Notes under the pieces: model-generated | Database searches by the model: none | What the model was told of the DNA's origin: nothing | Seen by the model: only the letters and a program-made list of their open reading frames with translations | Position numbers and translations under genes: made by a program | NCBI GenBank assembly: GCA_002633005.1 | Contig: NMRA01000676.1 | Location: forward strand, 62,001-126,000 | Direction: 5' to 3' | Length of the DNA: 64,000 bases | Source of the DNA: Phoronis australis | Lineage: Eukaryota > Animalia > Phoronida | Shown here: piece by piece, positions 1 to 13,576 of the stretch | How the letters are laid out: each line of letters opens with the position of its first letter | Position numbering within the stretch: position 1 is the first letter of the stretch

Positions 1-1258
1 GAGAAAGACTGGCGGCCAACCAAGGTTGAACAGGTTTGAATTGTCCCCCGATCTTGTGCACCGTGTGTTTTGAACTAATAGAGAGTCAGGAATCCATGAG
101 ACTGATGAGCTTAACTGTTAACATATTTACAAGTGGATTTTGAATACATTTTGAAGTTTGAAAATTCAATGCAGTGAGTATGCTGAAATCTCGTTGGTTG
201 CTGACTCGCTGCCTCACAAGCGTTTGATTAACCTGTCCTTGTAGATAAGCGATTTTCTGTTAAATTTTTAGGTTTAATTCAGAGAAAAAAGTGTAGGCAT
301 TCATCAGTATCTCACTTTTTTTGTCATCTTGGCCATTTTATTGTTGAGAAAGTCTAGTGAACGCGCTTGGAAATTTCGTAACGGTTATGATTGTGTTTAA
401 TCGGATTTAAAATTTGAAATATTTGAAGCTGAAATTATTTCTGGTAAAGGTGTTCGTTTTAACTGACGTGTTAATTCTGCCATGCCTGATTGTGTGTCTT
501 GCTTTCAAAAGAATCCATATCCAAAACTGGCGGTCCGTCACAATTTTGCAAAGCATGTTGTCTTGTTTTTGGCTGATGTTCGCTTTTGTCTGTCAGGTTA
601 ATTCATAGAAAGTTATTGTTTGTTCACTCACTCAGTTTGCAGCCTATATATATTCTTTTAAGCATGAAGCTACTGTTAAAACTTGTCTAAAATGTCCCCA
701 GCTATTTCAAATTCTCGAGTAGACAAAGATTTCCAACTTTTTCTCTTCCAAAACTGCCCCTTATCCGCATCGTAACCTTCCCATCACAGCCTGGGTAGAT
801 CTTTAATACGAGTAGTAAAATTAACAATGGAGCGTTTAACGTCAGCCATAGACTGCCACTGGACTCAATTATCAATAGTCGCCTGGCACCCGTACACACA
901 CGCAATCAGGTAGGCGAGAGGAACCAGAAACTCGAAATCCACGCACAAAGCTTTTGTTCAACATCACCGTTTCTTTTGCTTGAATCTGCGAAAAGGTCTA
1001 CTTGTTTTTTTTTGCTGAATATCCCAATTCTTTGTTGTGGACAGGCCGTTTCCACTTGCCTTGTACTCTTAAGCCCAGGACAAAACTGTGTGTCCTCCAT
1101 GTCATTTGACAAGTCCAGCCCGAAAATTGGAGTTGGACCACCTGTCTACACACAACAAGTATTTGTACACGAATGATCAGGGAGTGTGTAGACACGGCTT
1201 TATTTCTAGTTACATTCATTTACAACAGAGGATGCTACACACGTGTAGTCCACAGTAA
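1..1258 (+). CDS. Possible last three exons of an unidentified gene (1-33, 799-909, 1079-1258)
   Basis: Three open phase-0 segments bounded by GT/AG join into EKDWRPTKVEQ|IFNTSSKINNGAFNVSHRLPLDSIINSRLAPVHTRNQ|DKTVCPPCHLTSPARKLELDH...HTCSPQ*. AATAAA occurs at ~1982 and ~2092. No homology recognised and the acceptors are weak. Confidence 0.25.
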
Positions 1259-4200
1259 AGTGACAAGGCAGGCCAATCTTTTACCGCATCCAAAATCTTG
1301 AACAATAATATTCAGTTCAAAGAATGATTCTTTTGAGAAATGAGAGTTTGGATTTTGGGTTATTTCTGTTTCCTCTTGAGGTGATCCAGTTTTCAATGTT
1401 TTGATTCGCACGGTGTGTATACTTTGTGTTTTACAGCCTGAAGAAGAGTCGCATGACGAGTTATAATGTAGAGGGAGCTGGTGTAGGCCAGTAGTCACAT
1501 GTTTTACTCATCAGAGCAACGCTAGAACACTCTCACCGCTGTTGTACAACTGACGTCATAGGATTTTATATGAACGACACCGCTGATAATAGTTTTCTGT
1601 AGAATCGCATTTAACTCGTGACCAGCATCAATGTGCCGAAAACGGGATCTGCCACTAGTGGCTCTGCAATAGCTTGGGAAACGTAGAGTTTTGGAAGTTC
1701 CAAGTGCTCGGCTCACATTCCACCAGTCGTGTTGGAAATCATCACATTTTATGTTGTCTTTTTTCATTGTCTTTATTTAGTCATTTTGTTTGTGTTTTGT
1801 TATGGAGTGCAGATAACTGCAGCTATGTTGGGAATCCATGCCAAAATGTTGTGGTGTTATGGAAGAATGTCAAGGAATGTCCATTTAGGATTTTGTTTCC
1901 GAACTGTACTTTCAATTTAAAGTTGTTTCATGAAATGTTTTGTTTGGGAGACAAAATATTATATCAAAAATTAAAAATGTTAATAAAATGTTTCTATTTA
2001 TGATTGTGTATTATGCGTTTTGTGCCAGTTCTGTGGGTCTACACGCTGTGCACACTTAACCATTAGCAGAGACTGATTTAGAACAGTGCCTAATAAAATG
2101 TAAAACAGTACGTTTTCACTTCTCAGCTTTAGCTTAGCAGTACAAATTGAAAGGGGCAAGCTGACAAGTGTTCAACTTTGCATCTCATTCCTTGCAGTGC
2201 ATTATTATTGCTATGCATAAAAAGCTGTTATGAACCACACTCCTGTGTCCAAAGCAGCTGTTCTGTGGTACGTTGCCATTCCCTGTGCAACCAACACCAT
2301 GGTGTTTCTATCCCTATTGCTATAGTTGATATTGGTCACAATAAAACCCCTGTACCATACTGCTTGTGGAGCTACTCAAAGTAGCTCACTATGACCTCAA
2401 ACTTCAAGAGTCTGACCTAAAACAATAACACATGGTGCGAAATCATGTTTAATCAGGCTAAGAAATAAGGGTCAATTTTAGGATCATCATTAGCTCAAAA
2501 CAAAGCTGTTGGAGAAGAGGCTGGCTTTGTCAGTTTAAAAAGCATCAATGACCTAGTAGGCTATGTGGGCAAATTGACCACAGTAGTTTCTAAAATGAAT
2601 TCTGTTTTGCTTCAAAACAAACTGTACCATTTGGTACTCTGGATGGTTGCAGGAATGTATGCAGGTCGTATCAAAACATTCTGCATTTGAATGGTTTTGC
2701 AAACTCTAGACATTGAGCTTGGTGTTTGAAGTACTCGAGTAAAAGAGGCTCACGTCTTGAAAAAATGTAAATAATATGGAGAAATTAGGTAGATATGCAT
2801 ACAAGCAGGAAGAGAGATTCTTCCTGATACAAGTCATAGAAGCACATTTTTGTTATTTAATTCTTAGTAGGTGGGAGTGGCTTGCAGTGTAGGGGAGTGA
2901 TCTATCAGAATGTAGTTTTGAGGTGACATGCGCCATACTGTTGTAAAAACATAATTCGTGTCGTTCTCATATGCTCTTGGTGTGTTCTGAACTCAGTCTC
3001 CAGTGACGGGAGATTATAGTAAGGTTGGTAAGTAATTTATTTATGACTTGTTGAAATGGAGATAATATGTGAAACATACAAAAAAAATCTGCTGCGAAAG
3101 TGTGCGCCCCCACCTCCTAAAATTTATAAAATCTTTCGCTAGGACTGGCTGGGGAGCTGCTAAAATCATTTGTCGGAAGCGACGTGTCAGCAGTTCAGGC
3201 GGATGGTATCGCAAAGTCAACAAAACAAGGCGAGACGTAACAAACCTGTTATTCTGTTTTGCTACAGCTGTACTTTCTGGGATAAAAAAAAACAAATATT
3301 GCGGTTGCGAACTTAACTCACGGTTGCAACTGTAAACATCTCGGTGGGTAGCAAATTTTTTCATTCACTTAAAAACGCGATTCGTCTCGTCAAAACCCGC
3401 GCCTCGCTGTGATCTTACTCTTGCCAGTTTCCTCCAGTGTGGGTTAAATTATCTATATTCATGACAACGATAAGCCATGTTCTATAACGAATGGCATGCC
3501 ACTGCGGTAAACGTAGGTCTACCTTGACGAGATGATACTATCGTGGGATAAAGAAAACTCCCGGAACTTGCTGATCGAAAACCGAACTTAACTGGGTCTC
3601 TCGTGTGAATCGAGGTACCTTTCCATGGAAATGCGCATAGAGATGGATGACATGCACTGCTTATCACGTGCTGATTAACTGCTTTCTGCTCTCGTCTATT
3701 CACACGTCAAAAAGAAAAACTGAGCAACACCTCAGTCGTGAATATCGAGTCGCCGTTTGTTTTCGGTGTAGATGACGTGGGTTGGAGTGAATAGTACACG
3801 CGAGAAGATGTAAACCAGGTATTTTGTAACGCGGTTGGACCCGTGGGTTAGACGTATCTTCATCGACAAAGGTTGCCGCAATACAGCCAGGTGTCCGAAA
3901 CGCAACTGTACTCGGGGAACGTTGACTTGTGAGATTTTTTGAAAAGTCACTGTTCTGTTTTAAAGCCTCTTTGCAGTGGTCTTAGACCGTGTTTTGGAAC
4001 TGAACACTTCGCTTTGTATATTCATATGGAGGTGAAAGCCAGTGGTACGTTTTCAGAAAAGGGGGTTCAGGATTCGCGCAAATCTGGCCATTTTAAAAGT
4101 TTCCTTTTAAAATAAGAGGACGTTTTTGTCTCCCAGCCGCTCTGCACAAACTGCGTAATCCGCCTTCACTCGTCGTACACCGCGGATCCGGCTGAAATGA

Positions 4201-4409
4201 GTATTTGAACACAGCTCAAATTAATACTCTACTGCACGTATTGCGTTTGCACAACCGCAAACTCCTTATTTAATGCTCTTGTAAGTTCGTAGGGAGCTTC
4301 GTCTTTTTCTCGACAAGTTAGTTCTTAGTAATCTATAACGAAGATTAAGATCGAGTTTGTTCTCGACACTTTCAAACCAAGACGTACACAATTAAAAAAA
4401 GCAACCCGG

Positions 4410-6030
4410 CGTTTTACATGCGCCCACATATACATATGTGGGTACTACCATCAATGTTCTCTGTTCGGCGACCACTGCAGTGCATCTTCTCACCCAGGAC
4501 CGCTTGTAGGTTGCAAGATCGTCATGGAACTTAGCAGGTGCTACCGCGGCCGTCATCTGTTGACAGTTTCATGGGTCGGAAACGTTTTCCCTCCTATGGA
4601 GCTGGCAACAGATGACGGCGGGTTTGGAATGGATCCGACAGGTTCACGGTGTGCGCCTTATGAGTGGTATTTTTGTTTATCTCTGCAGGCAGTAAGTTCA
4701 GAGTTCCTAGTTTGGCGGATTTTCATGAAATTTGGGGAATAGATTTAAGGAGATCAGCGACGATACCATGGACTTTCTTATTTTCGGTCGTACGGGTTCG
4801 TCGTCTTCTGCTCTACCGTACTGCTCAATTTTGTTTTCAAGTTCGTTTTTTACTTACACTGACCTCTATGCATGTGTATCACCCAAACCGCTTAAAGGAT
4901 CATAATGGAAATTGGCTGATGTGTTCCTGTTGACCATGGATGGAGAAAACCGATTTTAGGACGGGTCCCACTTTTTGGCGCCACCTAGAAGTGATTTTTT
5001 GTCTGTGAGGTTGTACGTCTCCTCATCAACCCTTGTAGGATCTCTGTGAAATTTGGGCAGGTGTATCCGGCCCTATATATGCAGCTGACGACAGATGGCG
5101 ACGAGTTTCGGACCGATCTGACATCTGCTGTGACTTTGAGTGGAAATTTTGTTTTTTATCTCTATTTTTGGAGTTACTTGACTGCGTAGAATTTATTATA
5201 CTTCTTCAGTGTTTCTATTTACTGTAAGCAGCACCACCATCTGAACTGATAGTTCCTGTTGGATCGAGAGGACGGTGCCTCCCGTACGGATTCGATGTAT
5301 TCTGTGGCACCTAATCGCCATTTTTATTTTTTTTAGTCACTTTACGCCCGCAGATGTCTCGGTGGCCATAATGAAAAAGGCTATACGGCTGGCCCATTGA
5401 TTTTTACGTAGGTTTGACTACTGTAGTGGCGATTCCGTTTTATTTTGTTTTTTTTTTCTCTTTGAATATAACGCCTGACCACGACGTTTGGAGGCTCTGA
5501 TTACCGCTGTACCCCATAGTGGCAATTTGTTTCCGTGACTGTTATGCCCGAGTAGTCTGCAACTTTTCATTTTGGGACGGTTCTGTGCCACCTAGTGGCT
5601 ATTTTTACTATTTGAGTCCGTTTTAACACCTGCCTCTGTATCCTCCAAATCGTTGTGAAGATCAATATCAAAATAGGCAGATTTGTTTTTACTGACATTA
5701 GCCCACCTGATGGAATGTCACACGGCCGGGTCCAACTACTGTGGTGTCCCCTATTGACCTCTGTGCTTGTATCGCCCAGTAAACCCATTGCGGGATTTTT
5801 GTGTAATTTGACAAGTGTATTCCATTTCCTAACAACGGATCCGGAAACTACCGCTGTGCCTCTTTAATGTCAATTTGTTGTTTTTTTTACGTTTGCCTCT
5901 GTGTCTTTGGAGTTCCTTGACGGATTTTTATGAAATGTAATGAATAGGTTCTATTAAGGACACGACGGTGCCTAACCATTTTCAGACTGGTTCGACGAGC
6001 TGCGGCTTCTAGTAGTCATTTTTATTGTGC
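4410..6030. repeat. Dispersed composite repeat, same family as 27220-29430
   Basis: Shares 'atgcgcccacatat' (4419 vs 28076) and degenerate subunits such as gtgccacctagtggc, gaaatttggc and acagatgacg...agtttcggac with the repeat in SPS intron 4. Confidence 0.7.
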
Positions 6031-6090
6031 TAGTTTGAAGAAACAGTCCTAGAAGCAAACTAACTTTAATGCACCTATATTTCGTTTCAG

Positions 6091-9000
6091 AACGAATGTA
6101 TAAGCTGCAGAAGAAAACTTTTGAGTTTCCAAGACAAAGACGGTGATGGAACTCCGGACGATCAGGAAGACGATGATGGTGATGGTATCCCCAATTATCT
6201 AGATAAGGATGACGACGGAGATGGAATTCCTGATGATCAAGAAGATGACGACGGAGACGGTATTCCTAACTATTTGGATAAAGATGACGACGGCGATGGG
6301 ATCCCTGACGATCAAGAAGACGATGATGGAGACGGGATTCCTAACTATTTGGATAAAGATGACGACGGTGATGGGATCCCTGACGATCAAGAAGACGATG
6401 ATGGAGACGGGATTCCTAACTATTTGGATAAAGACGACGACGGTGATGGGATCCCTGACGATCAAGAAGACGACGATGGAGACGGTATTCCTAACTATAA
6501 GGATAAAGATGACGACGGGGATGGAATCCCTGACGATCAAGAAGACGATGATGGAGACGGTATTCCTAATTATTTGGATAAGGATGACGACGGCGATGGG
6601 ATCCCTGACGATCAAGAAGACGACGACGGAGATGGTATTCCTAATTATTTGGATAAAGATGACGACGGTGATGGGATCCCTGACGATCAAGAAGACGACG
6701 ATGGAGACGGTATTCCAAACTATTTGGATAAAGATGACGACGGTGATGGAATTCCCGATGATCAGGAGGACGATGATGGTGACGGTATTCCAAATTTTCG
6801 AGACAGAATGCTTGGAGATCAACCAGCTTACTGCACAAAACCTGGGGAATGTCCTGGTGGCATGAAGGACTCTGACGGCGATGGTATACCAGACCATTTA
6901 GACAGAGATGATGACGGCGACGGGGTTATTGATGACATTGACAAGACACTGGACACAGACGGTGATGGCATTCCTGATTACCTAGATCCTGATGACGACA
7001 ATGATGGTATACCTGATGAAGAAGATGATGACGACAACAATGACGGTGTACCAGACCGCCTACAGGATAATGACGGTGATGGAATTCCGGACTGGTTAGA
7101 TCTTGATGATGATAATGATGGAACGCCTGACGTAAAGGATAAGGATGCAAACGGAGACGGAATCCAAGATAGGAAACAGGATTCTGATGGGGACGGAATA
7201 CCCGACTACCTAGATACTGACGACGATAATGATGGAGTTCCTGACTTCAAAGACAAGGACTCGGATGGCGATGGAATTCCTGACAGATTAGAAAAGGACA
7301 GCGATGGAGACGGGATCCCCGACTATATGGATAAAGACGCAGACGGCGATGGAATTCCAGACAAAAAACAAGATAGGGATGGTGATGGCATACCAGACTC
7401 TCTGGACGACGATGATGATGGGGATGGAATTCCTGACCATTTAGATAAAGATGACGACGGGGACGGTATTGTGGATGATATTGATAAAACATTAGATACC
7501 GACGGAGATGGAATTCCTGATTACTTGGATGACGACGACGACAATGATGGAATACCAGATTCACAAGATGGCGACGACAACAATGACGGCATACCGGATA
7601 AACTTCAAGACAAAGATGGCGACGGCATTCCAGATTGGATGGATGATGACGCTGATGGGGACGGCATTCCTGATGCTAAGGAAATCGATTCTGACGGAGA
7701 CGGAATCCACGATCACCTTGACGATGACGCTGATGGCGACGGTATTTTGGATGATGTTGACAAGAAAAAAGATTCAGATGGTGATGGCATTCCTGATTAC
7801 TTGGACAAGGACGACGATAATGACGGAATTCCAGATACAAAAGATAAGGATGCAAATGGGGATGGTATTCCTGATTCCTTACAAGATCGCGATGGGGACG
7901 GAATTCCAGATTGGATGGATACAGATGCCGATGGCGACGGAATTCCTGATGACCAGGAAAAGGATACAGATGGTGATGGCATCCATGATCATATGGATGA
8001 TGACGCCAATGGTGATGGCATACTGGACGATATTGATAAAACAAAAGACACCGATGGCGATGGCATTCCTGATTACCTTGACAACGATGATGACAATGAT
8101 GGAGTTCCGGATGATAAGGACAAAGATGCAAATGGTGACGGTATTCCTGACGCTTTACAAGATAAAGATGGCGATGGAATACCCGATTGGATGGATAATG
8201 ATGCCGATGGTGATGGCATTCCCGATAAACAGGAAAAGGATTCTGACGGTGATGGAATCCATGACCATTTAGACGAGGATGCTGACGGTGACGGGATCCC
8301 AGACCACCTGGAAAAGGACAGTGATGGTGATGGAATCCACGACCATTTGGATGATGATGCCGACGGTGACGGCATTCCAGATCACTTAGAGAAGGATTCA
8401 GACGGGGATGGTATTCATGACCATTTGGACAGTGACGCCGATGGGGACGGGATTTTAGATGATATCGACAAAGAGAAAGACTCAGACGGCGATGGCATTC
8501 CTGACTATCTTGATGAGGACGACGATAACGATGGAATTCCAGACATAAAAGATAAAGACGCCAACGGAGACGGTATTCCAGATGCCTTGCAAGATCGTGA
8601 TGGTGACGGCATTCCAGACTGGATGGACGAAGATGCCGATGGCGATGGAATTCCTGATGACCAGGAAAAGGATACAGATGGTGATGGCGTCCACGATCAC
8701 ATGGACAGCAACGAAAGTGATGTCGACAAAACAGTAGATACAGATGGTGATGGTATTCCAGATTACCTTGACGACGATGATGACAACGATGGAATCCCGG
8801 ACAAAAACGACAAAGATGCAAACGGGGACGGAATTGCTGACATCTTACAAGATCGCGATGGTGACGGTATACCAGATTGGATGGACAAAGATGCAGATGG
8901 CGATGGAATTCCCGACGACCAGGAGAAGGACACAGATGGTGATGGAATACATGATCACATGGATGAGGATGCGGACGGAGATGGAATTCCGGATCATTTA

Positions 9001-10605
9001 GAAAAAGATTCAGACGGAGATGGGATTCATGACCATTTAGATGCTGATGCTGATGGCGATGGGATTTTAGATGACGTCGATAAAACGAAAGACACAGATG
9101 GTGACGGTATTCCTGACTATTTAGACAACGATGACGATAATGACGGAATTCCAGACTCAAAAGATAAGGATGCCAATGGCGATGGTATTCCAGATGTCTT
9201 ACAAGATCGCGATGGTGACGGTATTCCAGATTGGATGGATAAAGATGCTGATGGCGATGGAATTCCCGATGACCAGGAAAAGGATACAGATGGTGATGGC
9301 ATCCATGATCATATGGACAACGACGCCAATGGTGATGGAGTGTTGGATGACATCAACAAAACAATAGACTCTGACGGAGACGGTATTCCAGATTACCTTG
9401 ACCCAGACGATGACAACGACGGAATTCCTGATGAAAAGGATCTAGATGCCAATGGGGACGGTATACTGGACAAACTTCAGGATTTTGATGGCGACGGTAT
9501 CCCAGACTGGATGGATGACGATGCAGACGGTGACGGAATTCCAGACAAGCAGGAGATTGATTCAGATGGTGACGGAATTCATGACCATATGGACAAGGAT
9601 GCCGATGGAGATGGTATTCCTGATCACTTAGAACTAGACTCGGATGGAGACGGCATCCACGACCATGCAGACGATGATGCCGACGGTGATGGAATTCCGG
9701 ATGATGTTGACAAGACTGTAGATACTGACGGAGACGGTATTCCCGATTATTTGGATCCGGATGATGACAACGATGGAATTCCGGACATAAAGGATGATGA
9801 CGACAATAATGATGGCATACCCGATCATTTACAAGACGCTGATGGGGATGGCATCCCTGATTGGCTAGATCTTGATGACGACAATGATGGAGTACCAGAT
9901 ATCGCTGACACTGATGCCAACGGTGATGGAATTCCAGATAAATTACAAGATACGGATGGAGATGGAATACCCAACTATTTAGATCCAGACGATGACAACG
10001 ATGGTATTCCTGATATAAAAGACAATGACGACGATGGCGATGGCATTCCTGATGATAAAGAGGATTCTGACGGTGACGGAATTCCGGACGTACTGGAAAA
10101 GGATTCTGATGGAGACGGTATCCCAGATTATTTAGACAAGGACGCAGACGGTGACGGTGTACCTGACGATAAACAGCGAGACACTGACGGTGATGGAATC
10201 CCAGACTACCTGGACGATGATGATGACGGAGACGGCATCCCTGATGCGCAGGATAATGATGACGACGGTGACGGAATTCCGGATAACCAAGAAAAGGACA
10301 CTGACGGAGATGGAATTCCGGATTATCTAGATAAGGATGATGACGGAGATGGAATCCCAGACGATAAGGAAAAAGATAAGAACGACGACAATCCCACGCT
10401 AGTGGGACGCGTACTGAGAACTCTGAAGGAAATGTTAGTGATGAGTGACGAAGAAGTTGCAGCCGAGAACGCCGCCAGCGTTCCAAATGTGCGACAGTCA
10501 GTGAAAAAACAGAGTTACGTGGAAGACGATGATGACGAAGTAGATATCGGTGAAATGCTTTATAAAAAGGTGGTTGGTGACACTGACGACGAGAAGAAAA
10601 GGTAA
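6091..10605 (+). CDS. Terminal exon of a giant Asp-rich protein made of thrombospondin type-3-like (DxDxDG) calcium-binding repeats
   Basis: The 1494-aa ORF extends to an acceptor ttcgtttcag|6091 (phase 0, [15 protein letters not shown]...); an in-frame stop at 6067 lies upstream. It contains tandem 12-15 aa DxDxDG[IV]xD motifs, a non-repetitive acidic C-tail ending EKKR* and AATAAA at 10918. Upstream exons were not identified. Confidence 0.88.
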   Translation, partial: NECISCRRKLLSFQDKDGDGTPDDQEDDDGDGIPNYLDKDDDGDGIPDDQEDDDGDGIPNYLDKDDDGDGIPDDQEDDDGDGIPNYLDKDDDGDGIPDDQEDDDGDGIPNYLDKDDDGDGIPDDQEDDDGDGIPNYKDKDDDGDGIPDDQEDDDGDGIPNYLDKDDDGDGIPDDQEDDDGDGIPNYLDKDDDGDGIPDDQEDDDGDGIPNYLDKDDDGDGIPDDQEDDDGDGIPNFRDRMLGDQPAYCTKPGECPGGMKDSDGDGIPDHLDRDDDGDGVIDDIDKTLDTDGDGIPDYLDPDDDNDGIPDEEDDDDNNDGVPDRLQDNDGDGIPDWLDLDDDNDGTPDVKDKDANGDGIQDRKQDSDGDGIPDYLDTDDDNDGVPDFKDKDSDGDGIPDRLEKDSDGDGIPDYMDKDADGDGIPDKKQDRDGDGIPDSLDDDDDGDGIPDHLDKDDDGDGIVDDIDKTLDTDGDGIPDYLDDDDDNDGIPDSQDGDDNNDGIPDKLQDKDGDGIPDWMDDDADGDGIPDAKEIDSDGDGIHDHLDDDADGDGILDDVDKKKDSDGDGIPDYLDKDDDNDGIPDTKDKDANGDGIPDSLQDRDGDGIPDWMDTDADGDGIPDDQEKDTDGDGIHDHMDDDANGDGILDDIDKTKDTDGDGIPDYLDNDDDNDGVPDDKDKDANGDGIPDALQDKDGDGIPDWMDNDADGDGIPDKQEKDSDGDGIHDHLDEDADGDGIPDHLEKDSDGDGIHDHLDDDADGDGIPDHLEKDSDGDGIHDHLDSDADGDGILDDIDKEKDSDGDGIPDYLDEDDDNDGIPDIKDKDANGDGIPDALQDRDGDGIPDWMDEDADGDGIPDDQEKDTDGDGVHDHMDSNESDVDKTVDTDGDGIPDYLDDDDDNDGIPDKNDKDANGDGIADILQDRDGDGIPDWMDKDADGDGIPDDQEKDTDGDGIHDHMDEDADGDGIPDHLEKDSDGDGIHDHLDADADGDGILDDVDKTKDTDGDGIPDYLDNDDDNDGIPDSKDKDANGDGIPDVLQDRDGDGIPDWMDKDADGDGIPDDQEKDTDGDGIHDHMDNDANGDGVLDDINKTIDSDGDGIPDYLDPDDDNDGIPDEKDLDANGDGILDKLQDFDGDGIPDWMDDDADGDGIPDKQEIDSDGDGIHDHMDKDADGDGIPDHLELDSDGDGIHDHADDDADGDGIPDDVDKTVDTDGDGIPDYLDPDDDNDGIPDIKDDDDNNDGIPDHLQDADGDGIPDWLDLDDDNDGVPDIADTDANGDGIPDKLQDTDGDGIPNYLDPDDDNDGIPDIKDNDDDGDGIPDDKEDSDGDGIPDVLEKDSDGDGIPDYLDKDADGDGVPDDKQRDTDGDGIPDYLDDDDDGDGIPDAQDNDDDGDGIPDNQEKDTDGDGIPDYLDKDDDGDGIPDDKEKDKNDDNPTLVGRVLRTLKEMLVMSDEEVAAENAASVPNVRQSVKKQSYVEDDDDEVDIGEMLYKKVVGDTDDEKKR
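6169..6800 (+). repeat. Coding 75-bp tandem repeat, 8.5 copies ([25 protein letters not shown])
   Basis: Unit starts fall at 6169 and 6769, 600 bp or 8 units apart. The units are near-identical at the DNA level. Confidence 0.95.
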
Positions 10606-13461
10606 AAAGTCTCCCGTCTGTGTCTGTTGCCTTTCTTCGGGAAGTCTTGGTTATTTTGTACGTGTACAACGCAATTATCACACCTCTTCACGAACACCAA
10701 GTGTTGATATTGTTTACGGAGTTCGTTTTCTTGAACGCCACAAACGCTCAACAGTTTCGTCGAAGTTTGGACATGTTTGAAGAAAATGCTCCACGTTTCG
10801 TATTTAGGAGGCAGTAGTAAGGAGAAAGATGCTGCTTCATTTCGATTGAACTATTGGTGAAAGCTTAATTTGTACACTACATTTATTTTACATTTTACCA
10901 TTACTCATCTAGTATTCAATAAAGAGATTGTTAGTTCTTCTACATAGTAGGTACAGGACTAGCATATCTTGGTTTAGGGGCTAAATGGTATTGGCGTGTT
11001 CTCTGTGTGCCACTTATTTTCAAGAGTCCTATGACTTTCTTAAAAAGTGATTTCTTAGTTTTTTATAGGTAAATAAGTAAGCGAATATGACGTGATAACG
11101 CTTGATCTGTTACCGTTATATGTTAATTTCATACGTTTGCGTGAAAGTCTGTCTAGAGTATTATTTATCCAGATTAAGCACCTATGCAAAACATGTTGTT
11201 AAGCCTTTTCCGTTCACATGCTATCTTTTTTTCTTAAGGTATCATTTAAACGATCAAGAGCTTTTGATGTCATATAATCTTTTTGAAATGTGTAATCAAG
11301 CAGTAAATGCCAGAGCGATAAAAACAAAATATGATGTTATATAATATTCTTTTAGTATTTAGTAAAAATATGTTTTTCAATTACTGATGTCCTTAAAATA
11401 AAACACTTCTAAAGTGTATAATGCAATATGCAAATCGTTTTATAAATTATGCAAATTTGTTTTCATTGTTGCATCTACAATTAGTCTTTGCAAATGTTTG
11501 TAAACGATATTCTTCGTAACGCAGCTGGAGAACGGAGCTTCCGTGTGTCAAGTTAATTTGACTTCGAGGTTTATCATTGATGATGTAAATATTTTCAAGG
11601 ATGTTCACTTTTGCTATGATAGACTAGACTGTGTTATTTATGGTTTGTTTTGTATGCCGTTGCTGTTTGGTAGTTTAACAACGGGCTGTGATTATTCAGT
11701 GAACCGAGGACAACACGTTACACTCAATCATACCGGATTTACCTTAGAGGAGGACTTTATTAAAAAGACACTCCAATTTATTCACAGTACGACTATTCTA
11801 CTTTGGATTTATGATTTAGTCCTAACTACCCTCCTTTCAGTTTATTGTAAAATCTTGCGTTTTTCAGTTTGTGATTTTCAGTCAGGCAGTGACTACATAA
11901 GTCGAAGAAGTTTGTTTTTTTTTAGATGCGTCCATCCGTAACTTGTGGCGCATCTATTTAGAAGCCACGTTTAAGTGCTGTGCTAAAACTGCTGTATAAT
12001 TTCAGTTACACTTTGCCACTGTCACCGGTGATTATCATGTATTGTTAGGTATTGTATTTTTAATAGCACCAATGTGTCGTTGTAGTATGTATGGTGGTTA
12101 CTGTCCTTATCTAATACAAAATAGGCGCCTGCCTTTTGATACAACAGACGACATACATGCATTTGTTAATTTCTTTCCAATTTAAGAGACTTACATCTTC
12201 TGCTAACTTAAATGTACATTAAGTGCTGTTTAAGTACTATACTATTAGCAAGCTCGGTTTCAAACAATGTCGAATGTTGTATGATTTCGTTAAGCGACGG
12301 ACACAAAAGTCGAGTCGTGAAATAAGAAAAGCAAGTTAACATTTCTTTTTGTCTCTGTAGTTATACTGGGGTCGGAATGCAGCTCATAGGTGTTATGTTT
12401 GGTTTGATAAACGACTTTACTTCTTATTTTATCATACTTTGAAACTGGCCATATTTACCAGCCGATGTAAGAGAAGAAAAGTAGCGGAAGCGAGAACGAA
12501 AAAGAAGCAAACTACACGTTATGTTATGCAAATCGACTTTTGGCTATGAAGTCATGTGATCAGGGAGCTTTTTAGTGTTGCCGTCAGATGTTTGTTTATT
12601 AAATCGTTGTTTATTGACTTTATATTAAACACAATTTATTTGACGATCTTTTTAATAGCTATCATAGAACTTTGCTGAATCGCTACATCCTGCAGCTCTT
12701 GTGGCATACACCCTTGGGTGAATTCTGAATTTCACATCAGAATACATTAACGGTCATAAACTTCCAACCTTAAATATTTCTTTGTTCAAATGGATTCTAA
12801 AGAGTTATCTTTAAGAATGAACAATATTGCATGATCTTGCATGCAGGTGAATATATATAGTGGGATTGGTGATTGAACCGACGTTATGTTCTCAGATTCT
12901 TCACCTTGAATCCCCTTTTCGGTTCGTAAAACGTATTTTCAAGGGTACATCATCGGCGATAAGACGGATTTTTTGGGATCAGCCACAGCGCTGAATTGAA
13001 GATGCAACCTTCGTGGTAAGGTAGGTGAAGCTAAAAATGCGTTTTCGGCAGTAAAAACCCTTTTAATTTAGCGTCAGTTTCCCATAATGCATTCTCCAAA
13101 CATCGGCAGAAATTTCCAGTCCACTACCAATTAATCTCCTGCACTCTGACTTCAAAATGAACAGTCATGACGTTCACGATAGAAATATACAAATGATTAA
13201 AGGTCTGAAGCAAATGCAGGCTACGTCAGTTATGTCCGTTATTTCAAACGGATTTGAATTTCAGACAAAAAATCAGACAGTCTACAATGATGAAGGCTTC
13301 TTTCAAAGTAAACAGATTACAAAAAAAAAACATGAACAAATGTTACAGAGATTTTGAGTTTCAAATTCCCAGAAGTCACTGTTTTTGCATGGAGATTCAA
13401 CAGCTTCAGAATGTACATATACGCGACGGCAGACAGGCCACACAAAAGTTAGTGCAGTCAG

Positions 13462-13495
<34 letters not shown>
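13462..13495. repeat. (CAA)n microsatellite
   Basis: Direct run of aac/caa triplets. Confidence 0.95.
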
Positions 13496-13496
<1 letters not shown>

Positions 13497-13576
13497 AAAC
13501 ACGTATGTTGAACACACTCGTTATCATTTTATTCATGAAACAACACTCAAATGTCATGGTTATCGATGTAGTGGTA

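Noticed and set aside
3977-4280. Candidate upstream exons for the giant Asp-rich gene (donors at 4045 and 4281)
   Set aside because: Phase-incompatible or interrupted by stops, with no convincing ATG or signal peptide.
6199-10681. Long antisense and alternate-frame ORFs (His/Arg-rich, Ser-rich, Met/Thr-rich) over the Asp-rich gene
   Set aside because: Shadow ORFs caused by GAY/GGN codon repetition.
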